This document shows, one piece after another, positions 1 to 11,096 of a stretch of DNA of 64,000 nt (the first letter of the stretch is position 1; every line of letters starts with the position of its first letter). This stretch comes from an uncultured Gammaproteobacteria bacterium (GTDB lineage Bacteria; Pseudomonadota; Gammaproteobacteria; Arenicellales; JAANXG01). Both the position numbers and the translations under genes were made by a program. The notes under the pieces are model-generated. The model saw only the letters and a program-made list of their open reading frames with translations. It did not search any database and was not told where the DNA came from. The stretch spans positions 1,732-65,731 of the forward strand of contig CAMYKW010000005.1 of assembly GCA_947259175.1 (NCBI GenBank). The letters run 5' to 3'.

Positions 1-23
1 CGGTGTCAACGGCCGGCAAGACT

Positions 24-1166
24 TCAAGCGGATTTCTGCGGCGCGGGCAGCAGTTTGAAGTCCACCAGGGTGTGGCGCAGGGACGGCAGGAAATTTTCGT
101 CGAGCATGTAGTACTGCATCTTCAGCGTCGTCGCGCAACCGAGGATAATGGACACCAGAACCATCAACGATCCGAGCGCCAGTGTCGACATGCCGGTGAC
201 GCCTTGTCCGATGGTGCAACCCATCGCCAGCACGCCGCCGAAACCCATCAGCACGCCCGCCACCATGTGATTGATCATGTCGTCCTTGGAGGCGAAGGTC
301 TCGATGCGGAAAGTGCCGGAGAAGATGGCGTACACGAACGAACCCAGTATCATGCCCAACACCACGGCGACCCCGAACGAGATCGACGACCCGGTGAAGG
401 TCATCAGGTAGTTCAGCGTGTCGCCGCTCGGTCCGATGAGGGTGATCGACTCCAGCCGCACCGGATCGAACTCATCGTTGCCGACCACGCCGGTGACGAT
501 CCAACCCCCCACCACCAGCAAGCCGATGACGGACCCGGCGAGGATGTTGTCATGGCTGCCGCGGAATGTTTTGTCCCAGAACGCGTACAAGATCGGGCCG
601 AAACCAAAGATGGTGGCCATGGTGCACATGCCGGCCTGCTCGGAAAAACCGGTAATCGATGCGAAGAACGTGTTCATGCTCTGATCGGTGAATCCGCGTT
701 GCGCGAGATCGATATTCGAGGGTTCGATGACCTCGAAACGAAACACCGCCAGCAGGCCGCGCATGGTCATGTAGGCGGTGACCCCCATGATCAACAGCAC
801 CACCAGGGATTTGAGGTTGCCGCCGCCGACCCGCACCAGGGTACGCTGACCGCAGCCGGCGCCGAGGGTCATACCGATACCGAACAAAAAGCCCCCCAGG
901 ATGTAGGCCAGCCAGCCGAAGTTGGGCGTGAGGTACACCGAACGTCGAAGGTCGAACCAGTCTATGCCCCAGAGATATTGCGTGCCAAGCACGGCGATGC
1001 CCACCGCCAGCATCCAGGCGCGAAACCGCGTCCTGGATCCCATGTTGATCCAGTCGCTGATCGAACCCATGATGCAAAAATGCGTCTTGTTGGCGACCGC
1101 GCCGAACACCATGGCGCCGAGGAATGCGAGCAAAGCAACGATATGAAAAGTTTCAAATTCCATCAA
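24..1166 (-). CDS. YeeE/YedE (TsuA-like) sulfur-compound transporter
   Basis: 380 aa, many TM segments, family Cys motifs HFCIMG, GAGCGQ and GCTIGQG. Confidence 0.85.
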   Translation of the reverse strand: MMEFETFHIVALLAFLGAMVFGAVANKTHFCIMGSISDWINMGSRTRFRAWMLAVGIAVLGTQYLWGIDWFDLRRSVYLTPNFGWLAYILGGFLFGIGMTLGAGCGQRTLVRVGGGNLKSLVVLLIMGVTAYMTMRGLLAVFRFEVIEPSNIDLAQRGFTDQSMNTFFASITGFSEQAGMCTMATIFGFGPILYAFWDKTFRGSHDNILAGSVIGLLVVGGWIVTGVVGNDEFDPVRLESITLIGPSGDTLNYLMTFTGSSISFGVAVVLGMILGSFVYAIFSGTFRIETFASKDDMINHMVAGVLMGFGGVLAMGCTIGQGVTGMSTLALGSLMVLVSIILGCATTLKMQYYMLDENFLPSLRHTLVDFKLLPAPQKSA

Positions 1167-1247
1167 GGCAGTATCCCAGCATCAGACCGAACCCACCCCG
1201 TACCGGACCCGGCCGGGCGTAAAAACCGCGAGAAAAGCAGGGACGTT

Positions 1248-1276
1248 ATGATAGTGAGTTCGGTCCGGTTTGTTAA
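1248..1276 (-). promoter_or_regulatory. Putative sigma70 promoter for the YeeE/YedE gene
   Basis: Minus strand TTAACA-17 nt-TATCAT in an AT-rich intergenic gap about 80 nt upstream of the start. Confidence 0.4.
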
Positions 1277-1316
1277 TTAGATCCTTGTATGGGCGTATAA
1301 CTTTTAATGTATGCCC

Positions 1317-2012
1317 TTACCGGGTTGCGCCAACCACCAGCGGGTCGCGCAAACCCGCTTCGGCAAAGCCCTTGGCCCGCAGCCGGCAGGCATCGCACAC
1401 GCCGCAGGGCTCGCCTTCCCCTTTCGGTTGGTAACACGACAGGGTCAACGCGTAATCCACCCCAAGCCGCACCCCTTGCTGGATGATCTGCGCCTTGCGC
1501 ATGTGGATCAACGGCGCGTGGATGCTCAGCCCGCCTTGTTCCACCCCGATCCGGGTGGCGAGATTGGCCAGTTTTTCAAACGCCGCCACATACTCCGGGC
1601 GGCAGTCGGGATATCCGGAGTAATCCACCGCATTGGCGCCGATAAAGATGTCCAGTGCGCCCAGCGCCTCTGCCCAGGACAGCGCGACGGCGAGAAACAC
1701 GGTGTTGCGCGCCGGCACGTAGGTCACGGGAATACCCGCTGTTGGTTGCTCGGGCACCGGCGCCCGCGGATCGGTCAACGCCGAACCGCCGAACTGGGCA
1801 AGATCCAGCGACACGCTGCGGTGTTCGACCACGCCCGCGGTGCGCGCCACCCGCCGCGCCGCCGCCAGCTCCTGCCGGTGGCGCTGCCCGTAATCCACGG
1901 TCAGCGCGTAGCAGCCGAACCCCCGCTCGGCGGCGATGGCCAGCACCGTGGCCGAATCCAGACCGCCGGACACCAGCACCACCGCGGGCCTGCGATCAGC
2001 GGCCGCGCTCAT
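1317..2012 (-). CDS. queC: 7-cyano-7-deazaguanine synthase
   Basis: SGGLDS PP-loop, TYVPARN, YPDCR, C-terminal CGVCDAC. Confidence 0.97.
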   Translation of the reverse strand: MSAAADRRPAVVLVSGGLDSATVLAIAAERGFGCYALTVDYGQRHRQELAAARRVARTAGVVEHRSVSLDLAQFGGSALTDPRAPVPEQPTAGIPVTYVPARNTVFLAVALSWAEALGALDIFIGANAVDYSGYPDCRPEYVAAFEKLANLATRIGVEQGGLSIHAPLIHMRKAQIIQQGVRLGVDYALTLSCYQPKGEGEPCGVCDACRLRAKGFAEAGLRDPLVVGATR

Positions 2013-2661
2013 CGCCCCACAGGTATTTATGCAATTGGATCTGCAGGCGCACCGGCAGCCGGTCGGCGAGAATCCAATCCGCGAGTTCGGTGGCGTTCAT
2101 GTGTTCGTGCTCCGGGGAGAACAGGATTTCGCAGGCGCTGTCGCGCAGCAGCGCGCCGATTTTCTCGCACGCCCACTCGTAGTCGGTGCGGTTGCAGATC
2201 ACGAACTTCACCTGATCCTTGGCTGTGAGTCCGGCGAGGTCCTGATAGCGGTTGTTCGCCTCCTCGCCCGAGCCGGGGGTCTTGACGTCCACCACCAGCG
2301 ACACGCGCGGGTCGACCCCGGTTGGGTCCATCGCGCCGCTGGTCTCCAGCGACACCGCGTAGCCGGCGTCGCACAAGGCCGACAACAACGCCGGGCAGGC
2401 CGGCTGCGCCAACGGCTCGCCGCCGGTGACGGTGACGTAACGCGGCGTAAACTCAGCCACCTGGGCGAGGATGTCGGCTACCGTCATCCAGCGGCCGCCT
2501 TGAAAGGCGTAGCGCGTGTCGCAGTAACCGCAACGCAACGGGCAACCGGTGAGGCGCACGAAGGCCGTGGGCCAGCCCACGGTGCGCGCCTCGCCTTGCA
2601 GCGAGTAGAAGACTTCGGTAATCCGAAGGCGCTCGGAGACGGCGCTTGTCGATTGATCCAC
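1996..2661 (-). CDS. queE: 7-carboxy-7-deazaguanine synthase (radical SAM)
   Basis: [31 protein letters not shown]; next to queC. Confidence 0.96.
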   Translation of the reverse strand: MDQSTSAVSERLRITEVFYSLQGEARTVGWPTAFVRLTGCPLRCGYCDTRYAFQGGRWMTVADILAQVAEFTPRYVTVTGGEPLAQPACPALLSALCDAGYAVSLETSGAMDPTGVDPRVSLVVDVKTPGSGEEANNRYQDLAGLTAKDQVKFVICNRTDYEWACEKIGALLRDSACEILFSPEHEHMNATELADWILADRLPVRLQIQLHKYLWGDERGR

Positions 2662-2711
2662 GGTCGGCGTGCAGTGCGGAACGATCAGCCCGCATCGGCG
2701 GCCGGCTGGGC

Positions 2712-3671
2712 CTAGCCGCCTTCGCGCTCGATACGCTTGAGCCGGGTTTGCGCGGAGATCGCCACCCGGCTGCCCGGATAGCGGGTCACCACCTCGTTGA
2801 GGGTCACGCGCGCCTGCTCCTTGGCGCCGACCTCGTATTGGATATATCCCACCTTCAACAACGCCTCGGGCGCCCGCGGGCTGTCCGGATAGCGGATCAC
2901 CAGGTTGCGGAAACCATTGAGCGCCGATTGAAAATCACGTGTCACGTACTGGGCCTCGGCAATCCAGTAATGGGCATCATCCGCCAGCGCGCCGTTCGGA
3001 TAGCTGGCCAGCAGATCCTTGAACGCCTGGATCGCTTCCGCGTAGCGGCTCTGCTTGAGCTTGTCGAAGGCCTGGTCGTACCCGGACTGCTCATCCGCGA
3101 CGGCCAGCCGCGGCGCTTGCGGAACCTGTGCCGGCGCGGTCGCCGTGGGCTGCTGCCCCGGGGTCTGCGGCTGTGCCCCCGCGGCCTGCGGCCGCGTGCG
3201 CCACGGCTCCACGGTCGCCGTTGATGGACGCTGCACGCCGCGCTCCGTTCCAGCCGCCGGTTGCTGGGTGGCGCCGGCCATGGTCGGCGCGCCGCCTGGC
3301 GTATCCTGCGGCGTGGCGATGGGCGGATAAGCGGTCTGGCCGGTCACCGGCGGCGCGCCGGCCGGTCCCGCCGGCATCGAGCCGCGCTCCCGGGCGCGCA
3401 GCCGAAAGTCGAGATCGTCATACAACTCGCGCTGCCGGCGTTTCATGTCTTCCATGTCCTTGCGCTGCAATTCGATTGCATTGCGCAGCCGCGCGAGCTC
3501 CACACCCATGGCCTCCAACTCCACCAAGGCACGCACGAAATCCGGTTGCGGTTTGTCCGCGGCCGGGGTGGCGGATTGGGCCGGCGCCGCGGGCGGCGTG
3601 GACTGGCAGCCCGCGACCGCACCGAGCAGCACAGACAGCGTCACCAGTAGCAGAAGTTTGCTTTTTTGCAC
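2712..3671 (-). CDS. cpoB: Tol-Pal-associated TPR protein CpoB/YbgF
   Basis: Downstream of pal; coiled coil, P/A/Q-rich linker, C-terminal TPRs (YPNGALADDAHYW, PEALLKVG); lipobox-like VAGC. Confidence 0.9.
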   Translation of the reverse strand: MQKSKLLLLVTLSVLLGAVAGCQSTPPAAPAQSATPAADKPQPDFVRALVELEAMGVELARLRNAIELQRKDMEDMKRRQRELYDDLDFRLRARERGSMPAGPAGAPPVTGQTAYPPIATPQDTPGGAPTMAGATQQPAAGTERGVQRPSTATVEPWRTRPQAAGAQPQTPGQQPTATAPAQVPQAPRLAVADEQSGYDQAFDKLKQSRYAEAIQAFKDLLASYPNGALADDAHYWIAEAQYVTRDFQSALNGFRNLVIRYPDSPRAPEALLKVGYIQYEVGAKEQARVTLNEVVTRYPGSRVAISAQTRLKRIEREGG

Positions 3672-3675
3672 GAAC

Positions 3676-4200
3676 TCAGTTTCCGTAAAGAATTTCCACC
3701 CGGCGGTTCAGCCGCCACGCCGACTCGTCATGACCCATCGACTCCGGGCGCTCTTCGCCATAGGATATGTTCTGGACGCGGTTGCCGGCAACACCGAGCA
3801 CGCCCATGAAATTCGACACCGCCCGCGCGCGCCGCTCCCCCAGCGCCAGGTTGTATTCCCGCGTGCCGCGCTCGTCCGCGTGGCCTTCCAGCACCAGGGT
3901 TACGCCGGGATTGTTCACCAGGTAGTTGGCGTGCGCCTCCACCAGCGCCCGGGACTCGTCGTCCAGGGTCGAACTGTCGAACTCGAAATAAACCTTGCGG
4001 CGGCCGAGCAGGTCCGCGCCCTCTCCTCCGGCGCCGATCGGACGGCCGTAGGCGTCAACACCGGTGTCGGCGCCCGCGGCACTGACCCCGCGATCTTCGA
4101 CTGAGGCTCCCGCACCATCTTTTACGCCCTTTTTGCCGCCGCACGCGGCAAGGGTCGCACTCATCAAAATAACACCTACATAAAAGAAGGGCTTACGCAT
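3676..4200 (-). CDS. pal: Peptidoglycan-associated lipoprotein
   Basis: Lipobox LAAC; OmpA-like domain EGHADERGTREYNLALGERRA. Confidence 0.97.
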   Translation of the reverse strand: MRKPFFYVGVILMSATLAACGGKKGVKDGAGASVEDRGVSAAGADTGVDAYGRPIGAGGEGADLLGRRKVYFEFDSSTLDDESRALVEAHANYLVNNPGVTLVLEGHADERGTREYNLALGERRARAVSNFMGVLGVAGNRVQNISYGEERPESMGHDESAWRLNRRVEILYGN

Positions 4201-4213
4201 CTCAATCTCCTCG

Positions 4214-5518
4214 CTACAGTTTACGATTATAAGGTGACCAGGCAGGTTCGCGAACGTCCCCCTGCTGGAATTTCAAGATTTGTTTCACGCGGCCGTCCGA
4301 CGACACCGCGGCCAGCACCCCCCGCCCGCCCTGGCGGGTGGCGTACAGGATCATGCCGCCATTCGGCGAAAACGTGGGCGACTCGTCCAGGGTGCTGTTG
4401 GTGAGCACCAACAGGCCCTTGCTGTCCAGCTCCAATACGCCCACATGGTAACCAGTGTTGTGCCGCGTCACCAAGGTCAGGCGCTTGCCGTCGCTCGAAT
4501 ACGACGCGCGCAGGTTCTCGCTGCCCTCAAAGGTCAGGCGTTCCACCTTGCCGCCGTCCGCGCGCATGCGGTAGATCTGCGGGCGGCCGCCGCGCGACGA
4601 TGTAAATACGATGTGGCGGCCATCGGGAGACCACGCGGGCTCGGTATCGATGGCGTGGTGGTTGGTCAGGCGGCGCAGCTTCCGCGTGGCCAGATTATAG
4701 GTATAGACTTCGGCGTTGCCGTCGCGGCTCAGCACCAGCGCCAGGGTGCTGCCGTCCGGCGACCACGCCGGGGCGCTGTTGGAGCCCGGAAAGCCGGCAA
4801 CCTTGTCGCGCCCCCCGTCGCGCAGTCGCTGTACGTACACCATCGGGCGGCGGTTTTCGAACGAGACATAGGCAAGCCTGGCGCCGTCCGGCGACCACGC
4901 CGGGGAGATGATCGGCTCCCGGGACTCCAGGATCGTCTTGGCGCCGTAACCGTCGGAATCCGCGACACGCAACAGATAACGCGGGCGGCGGCCGGCGCCC
5001 TCCACGGTCACGTAGGCGATGCGCGTATCGAAAGCGCCCTTTTCCCCGGTGAGTTTGTGATAGATGATGTCGCTGATCTGGTGTGCGAGCTTGCGCATCT
5101 GACCGCCGGCCACCACGTAGCTGAATCCGCTGAGCTGCTTGGCCTTGAATACGTCGAACAGACGGAACTCCACGCGGAACTGATTCGGCCCCAGCCGCTG
5201 CATGCGGCCCACCACCAGCGCCTCGGCCTTGATCAGGCGCCACTCCTTGAATTTCACCTGAGTATGGTCGTGGGGCTTGCTCAGAAAATCCCGGTGGGGA
5301 ATGGTGTCGAAGCGACCGCTGCGGTACAGATCCGCCTCGATGATGTCGCTGATCATCTGCGGCGGGGGTGTCGATTCCCGCCATTCGAAGGGCACCACCG
5401 CTATCGGCACCCCGGCTTCCACCCCCTGGGTGATTTCGATCTCCAATACCGCGTGGGCGCCGGGCACCCACAGCCAACCCACGGTTACACACACCAATAA
5501 ACGCAAAATTTTACTCAT
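4214..5518 (-). CDS. tolB: Tol-Pal beta-propeller protein
   Basis: Signal peptide, LEIEITQG, repeated PAWSPDG motifs. Confidence 0.97.
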   Translation of the reverse strand: MSKILRLLVCVTVGWLWVPGAHAVLEIEITQGVEAGVPIAVVPFEWRESTPPPQMISDIIEADLYRSGRFDTIPHRDFLSKPHDHTQVKFKEWRLIKAEALVVGRMQRLGPNQFRVEFRLFDVFKAKQLSGFSYVVAGGQMRKLAHQISDIIYHKLTGEKGAFDTRIAYVTVEGAGRRPRYLLRVADSDGYGAKTILESREPIISPAWSPDGARLAYVSFENRRPMVYVQRLRDGGRDKVAGFPGSNSAPAWSPDGSTLALVLSRDGNAEVYTYNLATRKLRRLTNHHAIDTEPAWSPDGRHIVFTSSRGGRPQIYRMRADGGKVERLTFEGSENLRASYSSDGKRLTLVTRHNTGYHVGVLELDSKGLLVLTNSTLDESPTFSPNGGMILYATRQGGRGVLAAVSSDGRVKQILKFQQGDVREPAWSPYNRKL

Positions 5519-6426
5519 CGCAACGAAATCAGTTTCTCATCAGGATCAAAGTTGAATTGAATATCTCGGAATTTTTCATTGACGCCCCGTTCGCGGGGAA
5601 TCGGCAGCGGCGACGCCTTCAATACCGCGTTCTCCACCGAGCGGTCAAATACCGGATTGCCGCTGCTGCGCACCACCTTGGCCGATATCACCTCGCCGCT
5701 CGGCGTCAGGCGCACGCGGACCCCGGCGTTAAGGCCCTTCGAACCCGACGGCCGGGTCCAGTTACGGTCCACCTTCTGCTGAATGATCGGGATGTAACGA
5801 TTGCGCGCGGCGTCGACCGCCTGCGCCAGCCGGCGCGCCCGGGCCTCCGCCTCCAACTGCGCCTTGAGTTGCGCCTTGCGCCGCGCTTGCTGCTCGCGTT
5901 TCTTTTTCTCCGCCAGTTGCCGCCGCCGTTTCTCTTCGGCCTTGCGCTTCTCGGCCTTGCGCTTCTCGGCCTCGCGCTGTTTGCGCTGTTTCTCCGCTTT
6001 GGCCTTGGCGCTTCGCTGCGCCTCCTTCTTCGCCTTGGCGAGCCGCAGTTGTTCCTGCTTGCGTTTTGTTGCCAACGCCTTGGCCTTCTTTTCCTCTTGT
6101 TGCTTTTTCTTCTTCAGGTCGGCGAGGTGCTTTTTTTCCTGCTCCTGCTTTTTCAACAGATCCGCGAGGCGCTGCTTCGCCTGCAACTCCTGCTGCTTTT
6201 TCTTGTCTTCCCTGGCCTTGAGACGATCCATCTGCTGTTTGACTTCCGACTCGTCGATCATCGTCGCCTTCACCGGCTGCACCTGCGGCTTCGCGGCGCC
6301 GGTCTTGAAGCTCGACGGGCTCCAATCGAAACTGACGAACAACAGCGCGACCACCCCCGCATGGATGGCGATGGCATACACCAGTGACTTGGTGTTGACG
6401 AAATACTTCTTCAATCGTGTCGCCAT
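5515..6426 (-). CDS. tolA: Cell envelope integrity protein
   Basis: N-terminal TM with HxxV, K/E/A-rich helix, C-terminal SSGNPVFDRSV domain. Confidence 0.93.
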   Translation of the reverse strand: MATRLKKYFVNTKSLVYAIAIHAGVVALLFVSFDWSPSSFKTGAAKPQVQPVKATMIDESEVKQQMDRLKAREDKKKQQELQAKQRLADLLKKQEQEKKHLADLKKKKQQEEKKAKALATKRKQEQLRLAKAKKEAQRSAKAKAEKQRKQREAEKRKAEKRKAEEKRRRQLAEKKKREQQARRKAQLKAQLEAEARARRLAQAVDAARNRYIPIIQQKVDRNWTRPSGSKGLNAGVRVRLTPSGEVISAKVVRSSGNPVFDRSVENAVLKASPLPIPRERGVNEKFRDIQFNFDPDEKLISLR

Positions 6427-6434
6427 GTTTCCAG

Positions 6435-6845
6435 TCAGCTATCGGGATCGGTAATCAGGCCTACACTGTCCACGCCGCCTTGCTGCAGCAATACCATCGC
6501 GTTGACCACCAGTTGATAAGCGGCGTCTTTGTCGCCCCGCACCATGAATTGCGCCTTCGGATTGCGCCGCAGCACCGCCTGCGCGTAGGGCCGGATCTGA
6601 TCGGCCGGTTTCTCTTCGTTGTCGATGTAGAATTTACCTTCCTTATCCACCGTCACCACCACCGGTTCGATCTCCGCGGCGTCCATGGTTCTGGCATCCG
6701 CCTGCGGTAGATCGACCTTGACACCCTCGGTCAGCAATGGCGCCGTGATCATGAAGATCACCAATAGTACCAGCATCACATCGATATACGGCACCACATT
6801 GATTTCCGCCATTAACTTTTTACGATGTTTTTTATATGTGGTCAC
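6435..6845 (-). CDS. tolR: TolR
   Basis: EINVVPYIDVMLVLLVIFM. Confidence 0.96.
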   Translation of the reverse strand: MTTYKKHRKKLMAEINVVPYIDVMLVLLVIFMITAPLLTEGVKVDLPQADARTMDAAEIEPVVVTVDKEGKFYIDNEEKPADQIRPYAQAVLRRNPKAQFMVRGDKDAAYQLVVNAMVLLQQGGVDSVGLITDPDS

Positions 6846-6847
6846 GG

Positions 6848-7564
6848 TCAGGAAGCCTTCTGCATGGTAAAGCTCTGCCGGTTGACAATGCTCAGGAACT
6901 CCTCGCCGAATATCTCATAACGGGACACCAGGCGTTCGACTTGGTTCGAGTAGCGGTTGTAAGCGATGACCGCGGGGATGGCGGCGAACAGACCCATGGC
7001 GGTGGCGATCAGCGCCTCGGCGATCCCCGGGGCGACGCTGGCGATGGTCGCCTGCTGCGCCACACCCAAAGAACGGAACGAGTTCATGATGCCCCACACG
7101 GTGCCGAACAGGCCGATGTACGGGCTGGTGGACCCGACGGTGGCCAGAAACGGCAGGTGGGTTTCCAGCGACTCGATTTCCCGGCTCATGGCGACGCGCA
7201 TCGCCCGCTGCACGCCGTCGAGCATCTCGCCCCGGTCGATGTCGTCCTTGCCCGCCAGGCGGTTGTACTCCCGGTAGCCGGCGATAAAGATACTCGCCAC
7301 CCCGCTGACCTCACGCCGCCGACCCGACCAGTGGGTATAAAGGGTGTGCATATCGCCACCGGACCAGAACTCATCTTCAAAATCCCCCAGGGAATTCACC
7401 GCTTCGCGGATTGCATGACGCTTGGCGAAAATCATGGTCCACGAGATCATCGACGCCAACAACAATAGCAGCATCACCAACTGCACCAGCAGGCTCGCTT
7501 GCGCAATCAACGAAACCAGGGACATGGTATCGTGCGATGCTGCAATTTTTATGGCATTTTCCAT
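6848..7564 (-). CDS. tolQ: TolQ
   Basis: SPYIGLFGTVWGIM and APGIAEALIATA. Confidence 0.97.
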   Translation of the reverse strand: MENAIKIAASHDTMSLVSLIAQASLLVQLVMLLLLLASMISWTMIFAKRHAIREAVNSLGDFEDEFWSGGDMHTLYTHWSGRRREVSGVASIFIAGYREYNRLAGKDDIDRGEMLDGVQRAMRVAMSREIESLETHLPFLATVGSTSPYIGLFGTVWGIMNSFRSLGVAQQATIASVAPGIAEALIATAMGLFAAIPAVIAYNRYSNQVERLVSRYEIFGEEFLSIVNRQSFTMQKAS

Positions 7565-8016
7565 GTATTAATTCCCTCGCGAATTTCGATTGGTATGGGT
7601 CGTGGACGCAGGCTTTCGGCGTCGAGCGCGGCCAGTTTCACCCGCCCCCGGCTCAACAGCTCGTCTTGGCGGCGCACCTCGTGCGTTACGTCGAGGCTGA
7701 CGCGGCCGCACTTCACCACCGACGAGCTCACCGACAGCAGATCGCTGAGGCGCGCGGGTTTGAGATAACGGATGTCCGCGGAATGGACGGCGAAAACCAG
7801 GCCGAAGCTTTCGCTCACCTCGCGGACGTCAAAACCGATATGGCGCAGCCACTCGGTACGGCAACGTTCCATGAAACGAAGATAATTGCCGTAGTATACA
7901 ACGCCGGCCGCGTCGGTATCCTCGTAATAAACACGCACCGGAATGGAAAATACGCCGGTCGTCGGAGATTCGCTGCTGATGGGATTCGCGGCTGCCGTCA
8001 CCTTGGATGCGCTCAC
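7549..8016 (-). CDS. ybgC: Tol-Pal-associated acyl-CoA thioesterase
   Basis: [15 protein letters not shown]; upstream of tolQ. Confidence 0.94.
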   Translation of the reverse strand: MSASKVTAAANPISSESPTTGVFSIPVRVYYEDTDAAGVVYYGNYLRFMERCRTEWLRHIGFDVREVSESFGLVFAVHSADIRYLKPARLSDLLSVSSSVVKCGRVSLDVTHEVRRQDELLSRGRVKLAALDAESLRPRPIPIEIREGINTWKMP

Positions 8017-9056
8017 GAGCCGTTATTGAACAAGGAGGATTGCTCCACCGCCGCCGGCACCGCCAGCCCCAAATGCCGCCAGGCATTGCGGGTCGCCACC
8101 CGGCCCCTGGGAGTGCGCATCAGGAATCCCTGCTGAATCAGATAGGGCTCGATCACATCCTCGATGGTGCCGCGCTCCTCGCCGACCGCCGCAGACAGGT
8201 TGTCGATGCCCACCGGTCCACCGTCGAATTTCTGAATCACCGCCTCCAGCAGGGTGCGGTCCAACATGTCCAATCCGTGCTCATCCACCTCCAGCATGTT
8301 CAGCGCACGCTGGGCGACCTCGCCGGTCAGGTGGCCGTCGGCCTTGATCTCGGCGTAGTCGCGGGCGCGGCGCAACAGGCGATTGGCGATTCGCGGCGTG
8401 CCCCGGGAACGCTGCGCCACCGTGGCCACTCCGGGGGCGTCGATGGGCACCCCGAGGATTCCCGCCGAGCGCTCGACGATGTGCGCCAGGTCTGCGGCGG
8501 TGTAGTAGTCCAGGCGTTGCACGATGCCGAAACGGTCGCGCAGCGGTGAAGTCAGCAGTCCGGCGCGGGTGGTGGCACCCACCAGGGTAAATTCCGGAAG
8601 ATTCAGTTTCAGCGACCGCGCGCCGGGTCCTTCGCCGATGACGATATCCAGCTGGTAGTCCTCCATTGCCGGATACAGGATCTCCTCCACCGCCGGGCTC
8701 AGACGGTGAATCTCGTCCACGAACAACACGTCCTGGGGCTCCAGATTGGTGAGGATCGCGGCGAGGTCGCCGGCCTTTTCCAGCACCGGACCCGAGGTCT
8801 GCCGCAGGTTGACCTTGAGTTCGTTGGCGACAATGTGCGCCAGCGTCGTCTTGCCCAGTCCCGGCGGACCGAACAGCAACACGTGGTCCAGCGCCTCGCG
8901 CCGCCGCCGCGCCGCGCGGATGAAGATATCCAACTGCTCACGCAGCTTCGGTTGGCCCACGAACTCGTCCAGGGTGCCGGGGCGCAAGCTGCGATCGAAG
9001 ACCTGCTCGTCGCCGGAAGGCCGCGCCAGGGGGGATACGATGCGCTCTTCGCTCAC
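8013..9056 (-). CDS. ruvB: Holliday junction branch migration ATPase
   Basis: [19 protein letters not shown]. Confidence 0.98.
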   Translation of the reverse strand: MSEERIVSPLARPSGDEQVFDRSLRPGTLDEFVGQPKLREQLDIFIRAARRRREALDHVLLFGPPGLGKTTLAHIVANELKVNLRQTSGPVLEKAGDLAAILTNLEPQDVLFVDEIHRLSPAVEEILYPAMEDYQLDIVIGEGPGARSLKLNLPEFTLVGATTRAGLLTSPLRDRFGIVQRLDYYTAADLAHIVERSAGILGVPIDAPGVATVAQRSRGTPRIANRLLRRARDYAEIKADGHLTGEVAQRALNMLEVDEHGLDMLDRTLLEAVIQKFDGGPVGIDNLSAAVGEERGTIEDVIEPYLIQQGFLMRTPRGRVATRNAWRHLGLAVPAAVEQSSLFNNGS

Positions 9057-9661
9057 GGCGCGGTTCCGGATAACGACTGCAGGGCGTGGCGGATGATCTC
9101 CTCACTGGTCAGGTCCTCGGCGGCCACATTGCGCACCACACGGCTGGCCTCCACCGGTTTGTAACCCAGCGCGATCAACGCGCTCACCGCATCCGCGACC
9201 GGGTCCGTCCGCGGCGGCGTTCCGGGCTGGGGCTGGGCGGCGAGTCCGCTGTCGCCGGCCTCCGCCAGCCGGTCGCGCATCTCCACAATCAGGCGCTGTG
9301 CCGTCTTGCGGCCGATGCCCGGGACGCGGGTCAGGCGGTCGACATCCTGATCCGTCATACAGGCGATGAACTCATCGGTCGACAGCCCGGAGAGGATCGC
9401 CAAAGCCACCCGCGGCCCCACACCGTTGACCCGCAACAGGGTGCGGAACAGGTCGCGCTGTCGCGGACGGCTGAATGCGAACAGGCGTTGCGCATCCTCG
9501 CGCACCACCAGATGCGTGTGCAGCACCACATCGGCCCCCGGCGCCGGCAAGTCGTAGAATGTGGTCATCGGCGCCTCGAGTTCGTAGCCCACCCCCATGA
9601 CGTCGACGATCAGGTTGGGGGGGCGCTTTTCCAGCAATTTGCCGCGTAACTGGGCGATCAT
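9053..9661 (-). CDS. ruvA: Holliday junction DNA-binding subunit
   Basis: MIAQLRG, VREDA, HhH motifs GVGPR and PGIGRKTA. Confidence 0.97.
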   Translation of the reverse strand: MIAQLRGKLLEKRPPNLIVDVMGVGYELEAPMTTFYDLPAPGADVVLHTHLVVREDAQRLFAFSRPRQRDLFRTLLRVNGVGPRVALAILSGLSTDEFIACMTDQDVDRLTRVPGIGRKTAQRLIVEMRDRLAEAGDSGLAAQPQPGTPPRTDPVADAVSALIALGYKPVEASRVVRNVAAEDLTSEEIIRHALQSLSGTAP

Positions 9662-10207
9662 CTATGCGCTCCCGGCGCCGCGCAATCCGGCCTGCAGGCG
9701 ATGCGCGGTATTCCAGGTATGGAGGTGACAAATGCCGCAAGCCAGGGCATCGGCCGCGTCATTGGGCGGCGTCTGGCGCAGCCCGAGCAACACCCGGATC
9801 ATGTGCTGCACCTGCACCTTGTCGGCCTTGCCGTTGCCGACCACCGCCTGCTTCACCTGCAGCGCGGTGTATTCCACGACATCGATATGCTCGTTGGTTG
9901 CCGCGACCACGGCGGCGCCGCGCGCATGGCCCAGGATCAGCGCCGACTGTGGATTGTGGGCGACAAACACCTTCTCCACCGCCATCACCTGGGGACGGTG
10001 CTCGCGGATAACCGCGGACAATTCCTTAAAGATGCTTTGCAGGCGAATGGCAAACGGCTGATCGGCGACGCGGATGCGGCCGCAATCGATATAGTGGAGG
10101 TGGCGGTTTTTGAACTCGACGACGCCGAAACCGGTGACGCGGGAACCCGGGTCCACACCCAGGACCCGTAGATTGCTTTGCTCTGTCGCCGCGGTCGATG
10201 GCGCCAT
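9662..10207 (-). CDS. ruvC: Crossover junction endodeoxyribonuclease
   Basis: LGVDPGS, DAADALA. Confidence 0.97.
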   Translation of the reverse strand: MAPSTAATEQSNLRVLGVDPGSRVTGFGVVEFKNRHLHYIDCGRIRVADQPFAIRLQSIFKELSAVIREHRPQVMAVEKVFVAHNPQSALILGHARGAAVVAATNEHIDVVEYTALQVKQAVVGNGKADKVQVQHMIRVLLGLRQTPPNDAADALACGICHLHTWNTAHRLQAGLRGAGSA

Positions 10208-10241
10208 TCAGGCGGCTCGACGTTGGTAGGGGTAATCCAAG

Positions 10242-10991
10242 CTAACCCGCCTCCGATTGCAGCAGCGTTTCCGGAAAATCGGCATTGGTATAGACGTCCT
10301 GCACGTCATCCAACTCTTCCAATGCATCCAACAGCTTCAATACTTTTTCACCCTCAGGTTCGCTCAACGACACTTCCGTGCTCGCCCGCTGAATCACGTC
10401 GGCGCTTTCCGGTTCGATGCCGGCCTGGGCAAATGCATCGCACACGGTGTGCAAGGTGTCCGGAGACGTAACGACTTCCACCGCGCCGTCCTCGTCGCTG
10501 CTCACGTCCTCGGCGCCGGCATCTATGGCGATCTCCATCACGCGGTCTTCGTCGCTGCCGGTGGGGAAGCTGATGACGCCGATCTTGTTGAACAGATAGG
10601 CGACCGACCCGTCGGTGCCGAGGTTGCCGCCGTGCTTGCTGAACGCATGGCGCACCTCACTGACGGTGCGGTTGCGGTTGTCGGTGGTGCACTCTATCAA
10701 CACCGCGGTGCCCCCCGGGGCGTAGCCCTCGTACCGCACCTCCTCGTAGTTGACCCCCTCCAACTCGCCGGTGCCGCGCTTGATGGCGCGCTCGACGTTA
10801 TCCTTGGTCATGTTCGCGGTCAGGGCCTTGTCGACGGCCGCACGCAAACGTGGATTCGCGGCGGGATCGCCACCTCCCTCGCGGGCAGAAACGGTAATCT
10901 CGCGGATCAAGCGGGTGAACAGTTTGCCTCGCTTGGCGTCCTGTGCGGCCTTGCGAAATCGGATATTAGCCCATTTGCTATGGCCAGCCAT
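10242..10991 (-). CDS. yebC: YebC/PmpR family protein
   Basis: [25 protein letters not shown]. Confidence 0.97.
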   Translation of the reverse strand: MAGHSKWANIRFRKAAQDAKRGKLFTRLIREITVSAREGGGDPAANPRLRAAVDKALTANMTKDNVERAIKRGTGELEGVNYEEVRYEGYAPGGTAVLIECTTDNRNRTVSEVRHAFSKHGGNLGTDGSVAYLFNKIGVISFPTGSDEDRVMEIAIDAGAEDVSSDEDGAVEVVTSPDTLHTVCDAFAQAGIEPESADVIQRASTEVSLSEPEGEKVLKLLDALEELDDVQDVYTNADFPETLLQSEAG

Positions 10992-11096
10992 GGTAAGTCA
11001 AAACACTACGACAGTGGTCGAGAAACATGAGTGTGGATTTCGGTTGCGCGGAGTTTACCACTGCCACCTTAGATGCCCAACCTTAAGCTTTGTTCA

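Noticed and set aside
1167-1316. tRNA gene after queC, where tRNA-Lys often sits
   Set aside because: No cloverleaf, T-loop GTTCGA arm or CCA end visible; the region looks like a promoter
5860-6210. Short tandem repeats such as CTTGCGCTTCTCGGC
   Set aside because: Ordinary K/E/A-rich TolA helical domain
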